Below, one piece after another: positions 19,423 through 27,992 of a stretch of DNA of 64,000 bases (position 1 is its first letter; the number at the start of each line of letters is the position of its first letter). This DNA is from an uncultured Methanomassiliicoccales archaeon (GTDB lineage Archaea; Thermoplasmatota; Thermoplasmata; Methanomassiliicoccales; UBA472). The translations under genes were made by a program, and so were the position numbers. The stretch covers positions 2,304,001 through 2,368,000 of the forward strand of contig OY968769.1 of NCBI GenBank assembly GCA_963695345.1, given 5' to 3'. The notes beneath the pieces were generated by a model. That model was not told where the DNA came from and made no database searches. It worked only from the letters and a program-made list of their open reading frames with translations.

Positions 19423-21699
19423 ATGAATAGATCTGGAGCTCTCAAGCTCACCGCAATACTGCTAGTGCTGGTCCTATGTATATCGACCATCGGCATAGGA
19501 CTACAATTGGCCTCTAAGGGCACATCCTCGGTAGGGTCGGTCGATGCCTCGACCAATCCGATCGGACAACAGCCCTTGAACACGGGAGAAGGGTCGCCGA
19601 ACTCCGGACTAAGTTCCGGAACTTCAAACGGCTCAAACTTGCTTGCCGACAACTTTTTCGGCGGCGATTCCTTACAATATTTCTTGACTGGTAACTATGG
19701 CTACCGGGCACTCTATGCAAGCGATTGCACCAACCTGCGTATCTCAACCTGCACCAGGACGGTCCTGAGCGCGGATTCGATCACCTATGGCATGTCCATC
19801 ACGGACGTCGCAACGGTGACCGCTTCCTGGGGAAGCGTTGTGCCTACTGGAACGGTCGACTTCCAGGTGAAGATCGGAGAGAGCGGCGCCTGGAACACCT
19901 ACGTCGGAGGGAATGATATTCCTCTGGTGGATGGTTCGGCGGTCTCGGGAGCCTATACGCCAGCAACATCCGGCACCTATTACTTCCGGGCCGTATATAG
20001 CGGCGATAGCAACTTCTACTGTTCCCAGAGCAGGGACGGCGCGGAGAAGCTGACCGTCTCGCCAGCCTCGACGACCATAACCACCATCATCGGCGCATCC
20101 GAGATCAGCCTAGGCAGGTCAGTTACCGACAACGCCACAGTGACCGGTCTTGGATCGAACTACCCGGTCCCGACCGGAACGGCAACCTTCATGGTCAAGG
20201 CGCCCGGCGGAACATACGTCCAGTACGGTGAGATCAAGACCCTCGACTGCAACGGAAAGGCGGTCTCGGACATGTACCTCCCGCTAATGGCTGGAACGTA
20301 TCAATTCAAGGCAGTCTATGCCCCGGCCGCCAACAACATCCTCTACTCAGCTTGCTCGGAAGAGAACGAGCAGTTGACCGTTGTCAAGGCCTGCTCCGGC
20401 ACGACCACGGTCCTGTCCTCTGAAAGCATCGCAATGGGATCGTCGATCACCGATACGGCGATCGTGACCGGCGTCGACACGATATGTGACCCGACCGGCA
20501 CCGTGACCTTCATGGTCAAGGTCCCGGGCACGGCGGACTTCGTGAAATACGGCGATGTCAAGACACTCGATGCGAGCGGACAGGCGGTGTCGGATGCATA
20601 CACGCCCCTTGAGGCCGGAACGTTCTACTTCAAGGCGGTATACGGCGGCGACTGTAACTACCTGATGTCGGCCGACGGGGATTGCGCTGAGCCCTTGGAA
20701 GTCATCCAGTGTCAATCCAGCACCACCACCACCGAGCTCGGTGTCAGGTGCATAACCCTCGGACAGTCCGTATTCGATAACGCGACCGTTACCGGCCTGG
20801 GCGGGAATTTCCCGACCCCGACCGGATCCGTGACCTTCTGGGTCTCAGCTGACAATGGAGCTAGCTGGACCCAGTACGGGTGCGCGGTTGAGCTGTGCGC
20901 AGGATCGGCAACATCCTCGGAATCCTACACCCCGCTCGCCACCGGCCTCTATTTGTTCAAGGCCATATACAGCGGCGACGACAACCTCCTCGGGTCCGAG
21001 AGCGCCATCTGCGACGAGCAGCTGACCGTGAACCCCTCCGCGTCGACCACTCACACGGAACTAGGCGCGGTGCAGATAAGCCTGGGACAGTCAGTCTCCG
21101 ACAATGCCACGGTCCAGGGCCTGGGCGGGGATTTCCCGACCCCGACCGGAACGGTCGATTTCCAGGTAAGGTACAATTGCGGCAGCTGGAGCACCTTCGA
21201 CGCGGGCGTTGAACTGGTCGATGGAACGGCGACCTCGAAGATGTATAAACCGACGATCGCCGGCGACTACGAATTCCGGGCCGTCTACAGCGGTGACAAC
21301 AACTACCAGGTCTCGGGCAGCGCAGTTTGCGAAGAGCCATTGAAGGTCCTGAAGGCCGCGACGAAGACCCACACATGCCTCGGGACCGACTCAATTGTAC
21401 TCGGCCAGTCGGTCAGGGACAACGCCACGGTCATCGGCGTAGCGGGATCACCGGCGCCATCCGGCACCGTGAGCTTCTATGTCAGTGCCGACGGCGGACA
21501 ATCCTGGACCATGGTCGGAAGCGGACCGGTATCGCTGAACAACGGCAGGGCCCAGTCGGAATGGTACATGCCGCTCGAAGCTGGGGACTATCTCTTCAAG
21601 GCGGTCTACAGCGGAGACAGCAACTATCTGCCCTCGGAGAGCAGACTCTGCTCTGAGCCCCTGCATGTCGAAGGGACTCCAACCGAGATACCGAATTGA
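19423..21699 (+). CDS. Secreted Cys-rich protein with six Ig-like (Big_3-type) repeats
   Basis: Signal peptide, Ser/Gly linker, then six repeats of about 107 aa (SV.DNATV.G..PTGTV.F.V ... G.Y.F.AVYSGD.NY). No C-terminal TM. Confidence 0.85.
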   Translation: MNRSGALKLTAILLVLVLCISTIGIGLQLASKGTSSVGSVDASTNPIGQQPLNTGEGSPNSGLSSGTSNGSNLLADNFFGGDSLQYFLTGNYGYRALYASDCTNLRISTCTRTVLSADSITYGMSITDVATVTASWGSVVPTGTVDFQVKIGESGAWNTYVGGNDIPLVDGSAVSGAYTPATSGTYYFRAVYSGDSNFYCSQSRDGAEKLTVSPASTTITTIIGASEISLGRSVTDNATVTGLGSNYPVPTGTATFMVKAPGGTYVQYGEIKTLDCNGKAVSDMYLPLMAGTYQFKAVYAPAANNILYSACSEENEQLTVVKACSGTTTVLSSESIAMGSSITDTAIVTGVDTICDPTGTVTFMVKVPGTADFVKYGDVKTLDASGQAVSDAYTPLEAGTFYFKAVYGGDCNYLMSADGDCAEPLEVIQCQSSTTTTELGVRCITLGQSVFDNATVTGLGGNFPTPTGSVTFWVSADNGASWTQYGCAVELCAGSATSSESYTPLATGLYLFKAIYSGDDNLLGSESAICDEQLTVNPSASTTHTELGAVQISLGQSVSDNATVQGLGGDFPTPTGTVDFQVRYNCGSWSTFDAGVELVDGTATSKMYKPTIAGDYEFRAVYSGDNNYQVSGSAVCEEPLKVLKAATKTHTCLGTDSIVLGQSVRDNATVIGVAGSPAPSGTVSFYVSADGGQSWTMVGSGPVSLNNGRAQSEWYMPLEAGDYLFKAVYSGDSNYLPSESRLCSEPLHVEGTPTEIPN

Positions 21700-21719
21700 G
21701 TGATCGGGAAAACACCAAC

Positions 21720-21753
21720 GGGGAGGCGACTCCCCCCTTTCTCCCCTATTTTT
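21720..21753 (+). terminator. Terminator-like hairpin
   Basis: GGGGAG-GCGA-CTCCCC (GNRA loop) followed by a pyrimidine/T-rich tract. Confidence 0.6.
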
Positions 21754-21902
21754 ATCCAGGATATCTGTGTTCTGAAACGATCTGTTGTCATGGACGGTCA
21801 CCGGCGATCGGCACCCTCCAAGATCAATTGACACTCCCAGGAAGACCTGAAGCAACCTGAAAGTATTATCACTAGGTACGCTCCTAAACGTCGCGGAAAT
21901 CC

Positions 21903-22661
21903 ATGACCGCAGGAAGCCCGACCCTGAACGAAAACGACAGGACCCGTTACCTCAGGCAGATCGCGATGGAGGGCTTCGGGGAGGATGGGCAAAAAGAGCT
22001 GAAGAAGGCGACGGTCACGGTCATGGGCGTAGGAGGCCTGGGATCGCCAGTCTCCATGTACCTGGCGGCCGCCGGTGTGGGGAAGATCATACTGGTCGAT
22101 TACCAGTCCCCGGACCTTTCCAATCTCAACCGGCAGGTACTGCATTGGGAGAAGGACGTCGAGAATGGAACGGGGAAGGCGATCTCGGCCGCCAACAAGC
22201 TACGCCAGATGAACTCGGATATCGAGATCGTACCCAAGGCGGTGAAGATCGGCGCCGAGGAGCTGGGCGACGTGGTGGAGGACAGCTCGGTCATCTTGGA
22301 CTGCCTGGACAACTTCCAGGCCAGGAAGATACTGAACGTCCATTGCTCCAAGGAACGGGTGCCGTTCGTCCATGCCGCCGTTGAAGGCTTCTCTGGGCAG
22401 CTGACCGTTATCATACCCGGCCGCACTCCATGCCTGGAGTGTCTGTTCCCCACACCTCCCGTGAAGAAACCGATGATACCGATCATAGGATGCACCGCCG
22501 GCGTCTTTGGCAGCCTGGAAGCGGCCGAGGCGGTCAAACTGATAACGGGTGTGGGTGTACCCTTGGCCGGGAAATTGCTCGTGGGCGACATCTCCGTGAA
22601 CTATTGGGAGACCATCGAAGTCAACCGTGTCGGACACTGTCCAGTTTGCCATGGTCTTTGA
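21903..22661 (+). CDS. HesA/MoeB/ThiF family E1-like adenylyltransferase
   Basis: RYLRQI, GVGGLG, SNLNRQ, DCLDN, and zinc motifs CLEC / CPVC. Confidence 0.92.
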   Translation: MTAGSPTLNENDRTRYLRQIAMEGFGEDGQKELKKATVTVMGVGGLGSPVSMYLAAAGVGKIILVDYQSPDLSNLNRQVLHWEKDVENGTGKAISAANKLRQMNSDIEIVPKAVKIGAEELGDVVEDSSVILDCLDNFQARKILNVHCSKERVPFVHAAVEGFSGQLTVIIPGRTPCLECLFPTPPVKKPMIPIIGCTAGVFGSLEAAEAVKLITGVGVPLAGKLLVGDISVNYWETIEVNRVGHCPVCHGL

Positions 22662-22734
22662 GTTAGTGTCATTGTAGTCGGGAAATGGAACTAGTCCCCT
22701 CGCGTTCATTCCATTATCATAAAGGTGAAAAGCA

Positions 22735-22923
22735 ATGGACCTTGAGACATCGTTGGACCGGATGTGCGCGGGCGTTGAGGAGCTGAATTTCAGGATGGCG
22801 CGGATCGAGATCGCGCTGCGAAAACAGAATCTCAGAATAAGGTTGAGCGAGCCGACGATCGTCATCAGGGACGTGTCATCGGCTTCGCTCGGACAGGGGA
22901 CCCAGGGCCGGTCACTTGCTTGA
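22735..22923 (+). CDS. Small hypothetical protein (62 aa)
   Basis: AGGTGA RBS upstream; predicted coiled N-terminus. No recognisable family. Confidence 0.4.
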   Translation: MDLETSLDRMCAGVEELNFRMARIEIALRKQNLRIRLSEPTIVIRDVSSASLGQGTQGRSLA

Positions 22924-23337
22924 CGGCTTTTCCTCCGCCATGGTGATGGGGGGTTTGTAGTTCAGCAGGATGGTGAGATGCTCGAGAACGATGTTGGCAT
23001 GGTTTATGGCCGCGTCGAGCACCATCCTTCCTGCCGGTGTTATGTCGTATATCCTCTTTCTCCCATCAATGGCCGAGGTGATCAATCCATTCTTCACAAG
23101 CGCCTGCAGTGCTGGATAAATGGACCCAGGGGACGGTCTCCAATCCTCGGAGGTGATCCGTTCGATCTCCTTGATGAGGGCGTAACCGTGGATAGGCCTT
23201 TCGGCCACCAATCTCAATATGGCCAGCTTGAGGAACCCGGTCTTGAATCCAAACTTGTGGAAGGATTTCCGTATGTGGACTGCCTCCGGGATGTCTGGAA
23301 AGAGCGTTGGCCCCCCTTCGATCGGTCCGTCGTCCAT
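22912..23337 (-). CDS. PadR family transcriptional regulator
   Basis: PIHGYALIKEI..PSPGSIYPALQAL..GLI..RKRIYDITPAG. Confidence 0.92.
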   Translation of the reverse strand: MDDGPIEGGPTLFPDIPEAVHIRKSFHKFGFKTGFLKLAILRLVAERPIHGYALIKEIERITSEDWRPSPGSIYPALQALVKNGLITSAIDGRKRIYDITPAGRMVLDAAINHANIVLEHLTILLNYKPPITMAEEKPSSK

Positions 23338-23346
23338 TATATCAGA

Positions 23347-24072
23347 TCACAGGAAGTAGAACCTGGTCCCGTACTTGACGCTGATATTGGCGACCTTCTC
23401 CAACCGGTCCAGAACGCCCGAGTAACGCCTGACCATCATCTTGCTCTCCAGCGGCAGTTTCTCGCGCAGCACCTTGATCTCCTCCAGCATCCTGACGGCG
23501 TCCTCTTTGGTGAAGAGGGTCTTGGTCTTGACCGCGGCGGGAACGCCGGCAATGATGGCGCATCCGTACTTGGCGGCGATCTCGGGCAAAGCGGAGTTGT
23601 CCGGACCGAAGGTCCCTATGCAGCCCCTCCCCTCATCCCAGGAAACAGAGCATTTCTTGCATGCCTCGCCCATCTCATCGAAGGTGAGCATGTCCCACTT
23701 GGTGAGCCGGTTGTCCGGGTCGGCCAGGTCCAGCAGCTTCTTCTGAGTGTCGGCCGATGCGTTGTCCACCGCGATCCAGCCAGTGTATTGTTTGTTCGCC
23801 AGGGGTGCCAACTTCTGCTTGTCGGCATCGTTCTTGACCTTCTCCAGATAGATGTTCTCTGCCTCAGCGTCCACGCGGTTGCGCTTGGCGAACGCTTCGA
23901 ACTCGGAACCAAAAGCGGTCTTGGCCGCGGCAACGGGGACCATCAGGTCGAATTCAGCGCAGGACTCGAATCCGGTCACATCCTTGAGGTTGACCTTCAG
24001 GATCGAGGTCTTGGCGTTCTTGCACGTTGACGCATCGGTATCCAATTCACAGATTGCTATGCTAACTCCCAT
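23347..24072 (-). CDS. Conserved-looking hypothetical Cys-containing protein
   Basis: Clean ORF with strong GC3 codon bias; motif CKKC-x9-C-x19-C plus three N-terminal Cys. Ends 9 nt before padR. Confidence 0.75.
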   Translation of the reverse strand: MGVSIAICELDTDASTCKNAKTSILKVNLKDVTGFESCAEFDLMVPVAAAKTAFGSEFEAFAKRNRVDAEAENIYLEKVKNDADKQKLAPLANKQYTGWIAVDNASADTQKKLLDLADPDNRLTKWDMLTFDEMGEACKKCSVSWDEGRGCIGTFGPDNSALPEIAAKYGCAIIAGVPAAVKTKTLFTKEDAVRMLEEIKVLREKLPLESKMMVRRYSGVLDRLEKVANISVKYGTRFYFL

Positions 24073-24327
24073 TCTTTCCCTTCCTGAGACTGAGTTACAG
24101 GACGGGGATTATTTAATCCCTTTTCTTGTCTCTGAAAATATTCACGATGGAATCACAGGGAGCAGACTGGATTGGTCGGCGGACGCGTTCCAAGTGAGCA
24201 AAATCGAACCTCCGGAAACGGACCGTTTTTCCTGGGCCAGACCGACACAACGGCCCACAGGGCGATCAAAAAGGTGATTGGGCATCGAAGGACCTACCTT
24301 TGTCCTCGGAACGCCACTTTCCGCACC

Positions 24328-25425
24328 TCAGGAGCGCTGTTTGTTGTTCCTTGCCTTGCGCGAAGCCTTCTCCCGCAGTCTCCTTTCGGCCGCCTTCCTC
24401 TCGTCCACCGGCTGGAATTCCTGGGCCATCCAGTCCTTTCGGTAGGAAACCAGTTCTACCACATAGTAGAGCGCCCAGAGGCTCATGCCGATGATCAGGA
24501 GAATGACATACGGCTGGTAATCGAGGTCCACCTGGACCATGCCGATGTCGGCCCGGAACCGTCCCTGGAGGGTGGCGTACCAGATCCACAGGTCGAGCAT
24601 TCCTACGATCACGATGCTGAAACCCATCCGGGACACGGAACCCTTCGGGTAGAACCCCTTGAAGAAGCTCAATGCCGCTATGGGAACGCCCACCAGGAAC
24701 AGCAGCGTCACCGTTGAGCTGAGGGTCTCGGAGAACTGATCGGTGATGGTGTTGCCGATCGAGGATATCAGGGCGTTCATCACGATCACGATGGCGATCG
24801 GTATTATGACGAAGCGCAGCAGCGCACCCCGGGCCATGCGGATCCCTTTGGTGAGGCGGCCGTAGCGGAAGCGGAAGTCATGCCACAGCTTATGCGCCTT
24901 CGGGTCCTCGGGGGCGTGCTGTCTCCGGGGGAGGAAAGGCGTTCCATCGATGGCCGCCTTGGCCTTTTTCCACACCCACCGGTAATCGACCCATTCGCCT
25001 ATCAGGTACAGCATGCCCAGGCCGATGAGCACGGCGAAAAGGTAGAACAAGGACATCATGTCGACGTCCGGGCCAGCCGTCCTCAGGGCGCCATGGATCC
25101 CAGAATCGATGAAAATGACATACCCCAAGGCGATGATCGCCACCGCGCGCATCTGACCGAACACCAGTCTCGAGGCAGTGCCGGCTGGATAGAACTCGCT
25201 GAAAAAGGACAGTATCGCCAGTATGGTGCCGAAAACGACGAAGACCGTTTTCAGTCCCAGCAAGGCCTGGTCCAGGTCGAGCAGGGAAGCGTTGCCAACG
25301 CTCTCCAGCAACGATGATGTGACAAGTATCAGCACGATGGGCAAGATGATGAACTGGGCCACCGCCCGGGCGCTTCCGTAGAGGCCGCTGGCCAGCACTC
25401 CGTATCGGGGGGAGAGGTCGGTCAT
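24328..25425 (-). CDS. Membrane protein built from two tandem copies of a 4-TM domain
   Basis: The real start (MTDLSPRY) overlaps the upstream stop as ATGA. Duplicated motif LSFFSEFYPAGTASR / LSFFKGFYPKGSVSR. Confidence 0.75.
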   Translation of the reverse strand: MTDLSPRYGVLASGLYGSARAVAQFIILPIVLILVTSSLLESVGNASLLDLDQALLGLKTVFVVFGTILAILSFFSEFYPAGTASRLVFGQMRAVAIIALGYVIFIDSGIHGALRTAGPDVDMMSLFYLFAVLIGLGMLYLIGEWVDYRWVWKKAKAAIDGTPFLPRRQHAPEDPKAHKLWHDFRFRYGRLTKGIRMARGALLRFVIIPIAIVIVMNALISSIGNTITDQFSETLSSTVTLLFLVGVPIAALSFFKGFYPKGSVSRMGFSIVIVGMLDLWIWYATLQGRFRADIGMVQVDLDYQPYVILLIIGMSLWALYYVVELVSYRKDWMAQEFQPVDERKAAERRLREKASRKARNNKQRS

Positions 25426-26588
25426 GTTCCTCCCACCGGGGCGGTCCAATGATAGGGCCGCGATTGTGTGATAGTCATTCCCATGACGGTCGCGTTCAGG
25501 GTGACCGTCCAGTTCTGGGAATGCGTGAGGAACCAGGAGGATTCGGACAGAGATAGGGGCATCGAGACCTGACCCTGCGTATGTTGGCCAACGGTGACGG
25601 TGGTGGTCCCTTGGGAAATGACAGAGGTCGCGTTCCTGAGGATGCATTCGACCTGCATCTGTTTGCCCAGAACGGCGCAGGCGGCGTCGAAGCCGAAGGA
25701 CACCTGGGCGGACATCGGCGATCCGGAGGAGACGGACGGTGTGCCGACCACGAGGTTCGATATCAACGGATCCCACTGTCTCGAGTAGGTCTGCCTGAAC
25801 TCCGCTCCCTGGAATTCGATGATAACGTCGACCGTCAGATTGTCATGGTTCATCATCAGATGCAGCGCTGCCGCCTGGGATATCACCATCTTCAATCCTC
25901 CGGCATTGTGCTTGGCAATGGGGACCAGGTCCGTTCCCGTACCCAGCACATCCGTCGCATTGCGCAGTATGGTCCTGATGCTGACCTGCTTTCCTACGAT
26001 CAGGTCGCCGGCATCAAAGCCATACGGTACCTGGACCACATACGCCGATCCGTTCTGCTGCATCTGCACGTTCTGCAGGTCGATCTGCAGATTGTCGATC
26101 AACGGGGTCCAATCCATTGTTTGATTGGCTCCGACATGGATGTTCACCAGGCGCTCCATGTAGTATGTCGACAGGGTCAAGGACATGTTCAAGGTGGTGT
26201 GATTGAACGCGAGCTCCCGAAGGATGGACGGCGCCATTCCGTCCAGGTCCATGTCCATTCTGACGTTCAGGAGGGAGGTCTTGCCAGCGACGATATCGGA
26301 CGGTGTGCTGTCGGATTCGGATATCAGGGTCCCGTTCATGTCGGTGAGCCTGATCCCCACCGAGAAATCCTGGATGTCGTAGAACCCGCCATTGTATACC
26401 TGGACTGGCGCTTCGAAAGTGACCACATTGGTCGAGTTATCATAGGTCCAACCGGTGGTCTGGTCCTGCGGGAACTTGATGTCCAGCCCACCGAGGGCCA
26501 ACGGTACCACTGCCAGCAATAGCAACATCGTGGTGATGACGCTGACGATCAGGATCCCGATCCTGACCGACAATAAACCCCAGCGCAT
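25422..26588 (-). CDS. Membrane-anchored extracellular beta-sandwich (LEA_2/WHy-like) repeat protein
   Basis: N-terminal TM; VQVYNGGFYDIQDFSVGIRL..IVAGKTS. Internal repeats WTPLIDNL / WDPLISNL and PYGFDAG / SFGFDAA. Confidence 0.65.
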   Translation of the reverse strand: MRWGLLSVRIGILIVSVITTMLLLLAVVPLALGGLDIKFPQDQTTGWTYDNSTNVVTFEAPVQVYNGGFYDIQDFSVGIRLTDMNGTLISESDSTPSDIVAGKTSLLNVRMDMDLDGMAPSILRELAFNHTTLNMSLTLSTYYMERLVNIHVGANQTMDWTPLIDNLQIDLQNVQMQQNGSAYVVQVPYGFDAGDLIVGKQVSIRTILRNATDVLGTGTDLVPIAKHNAGGLKMVISQAAALHLMMNHDNLTVDVIIEFQGAEFRQTYSRQWDPLISNLVVGTPSVSSGSPMSAQVSFGFDAACAVLGKQMQVECILRNATSVISQGTTTVTVGQHTQGQVSMPLSLSESSWFLTHSQNWTVTLNATVMGMTITQSRPYHWTAPVGGT

Positions 26589-26942
26589 TGAAAACTCATT
26601 TATTCTTCGTTATTAAAGGCCTCGCACCTGGGTCCGTTTTTTGAAATCTGGCGCCTTAATCCGTGTCATTCGAACGCCCATGCCATTCCGGAGAATGTCG
26701 GCCACCCACCTACCGGGTGATCTGGTGCCGGCCAGGAAACGGTCATCGTCGACTGACGACGCCTGGAGATGGAACGGCCCAAGGCCATCAGGATAACGGA
26801 ACCCCTCCGCCTCCATGGACCAGGCGTCCCGATTCCATTGATGGCCAGGTCATCGAATCTGACTGGACTCATAAGATGTTCCAGGCACCATTTGTACCGA
26901 TATTGTTAAATCGGCTATCCTGTTTTATCTGAACGTACGGTT

Positions 26943-27371
26943 ATGGTAAAACAGAAGCTCGAGATCGAATGTCCGGTCTGCGACGCAAAAATAAGCATTG
27001 ACGCTCGTTCGTGCCCCAGATGCGGCGCCGACCTGGGCATGGCCGACTTCCAGGACCTGGAAAACCTGGCCAAGGACATTTCGGAAGGAAAAACGAACTT
27101 CGAGGAGCCTCAGGAAAAAGGGGAGGCTCCGGAGAACGAGCGGGAGAGGGAGATGACCGAAGAGGTCCAGGTTCCTCCCAAGGACGATCCAGAACCGGAA
27201 GTCAAGGAAAAGAAGAAGGAATCTGTTCCCAATGTCGAGGAACCGGCACCAAAAGCCCTCCCGAAGGTAGAACCTCCTAAAGAAGAGGTCAAGGAGGAAG
27301 AGGAAGCGGTCCAGGACGATGCGGGAAAGAAAAAGGGCTTATTCTCGAAATTCTTCGGGAAGAAGAAGTGA
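26943..27371 (+). CDS. Zinc-ribbon protein with acidic linker and amphipathic C-terminal tail
   Basis: CPVC-x10-CPRCG, an E/K/P-rich linker, and terminal KKKGLFSKFFGKKK. Confidence 0.75.
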   Translation: MVKQKLEIECPVCDAKISIDARSCPRCGADLGMADFQDLENLAKDISEGKTNFEEPQEKGEAPENEREREMTEEVQVPPKDDPEPEVKEKKKESVPNVEEPAPKALPKVEPPKEEVKEEEEAVQDDAGKKKGLFSKFFGKKK

Positions 27372-27379
27372 CCTGAATC

Positions 27380-27874
27380 ATGAGCGACATCCGGATCAAA
27401 AAGAGGGGGAGGCTCCGGGAGAAGGAGATCAAATCATTGTCCGAGGAGATCACCTCGCGGGTAGGAATGCAGGTTTTCACCCTCAAGGACACGATCGACA
27501 AGGCGGAGAGCTCGGATTTCGACGTCCTTTTCGTTAACAATGAGATACTGGCCTTGGTCATTTCTGGAAGGGCGTTTCTGACGGTCAAGGGTGTTCTGAA
27601 GTACAACCCTCCGAAATCCTATGTCACCGTCGATATGGGGGCGGTCCCCTTCGTGGTCAAGGGGGCGGACATCATGGGGCCCGGTATCGTCGACGCGGAC
27701 AAGGACATAAAGCCAGGGGATTTCGTCTGGGTGAGGGACGTCAAGAACCTGCGCGCTTTGGCCATCGGTGAGGCATTGGTGTCCGGGGAGGAGATGCTGG
27801 GAAGGAAATCCGGCAAGGCCATCAAGAACCTGCACTACGTTGGCGACAAACTCTGGAAGTACGATGAAAGATAG
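27380..27874 (+). CDS. PUA-domain RNA-binding protein (archaeal Tma20/MCTS1-like)
   Basis: VTVDMGAVPFVVKGADIMGPGIV..GKAIKNLHYVGDKLW. Confidence 0.92.
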   Translation: MSDIRIKKRGRLREKEIKSLSEEITSRVGMQVFTLKDTIDKAESSDFDVLFVNNEILALVISGRAFLTVKGVLKYNPPKSYVTVDMGAVPFVVKGADIMGPGIVDADKDIKPGDFVWVRDVKNLRALAIGEALVSGEEMLGRKSGKAIKNLHYVGDKLWKYDER

Positions 27875-27992
27875 TTCGTGCAGTCCATGGCCCAATCAGT
27901 TCGATCGAGGGTCCCGGCTCTTCGGTCGTTGTAAAAAGCGATGCAAACTCTAAATATGCCCGCCCTACTTCGTACCTTAGTAGCAATTATCG

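Noticed and set aside
7647-21699. Repeats as CRISPR array, DGR or mobile element
   Set aside because: The repeats are degenerate protein-domain repeats. There are no identical DNA repeats with spacers and no reverse transcriptase, transposase or cas genes.
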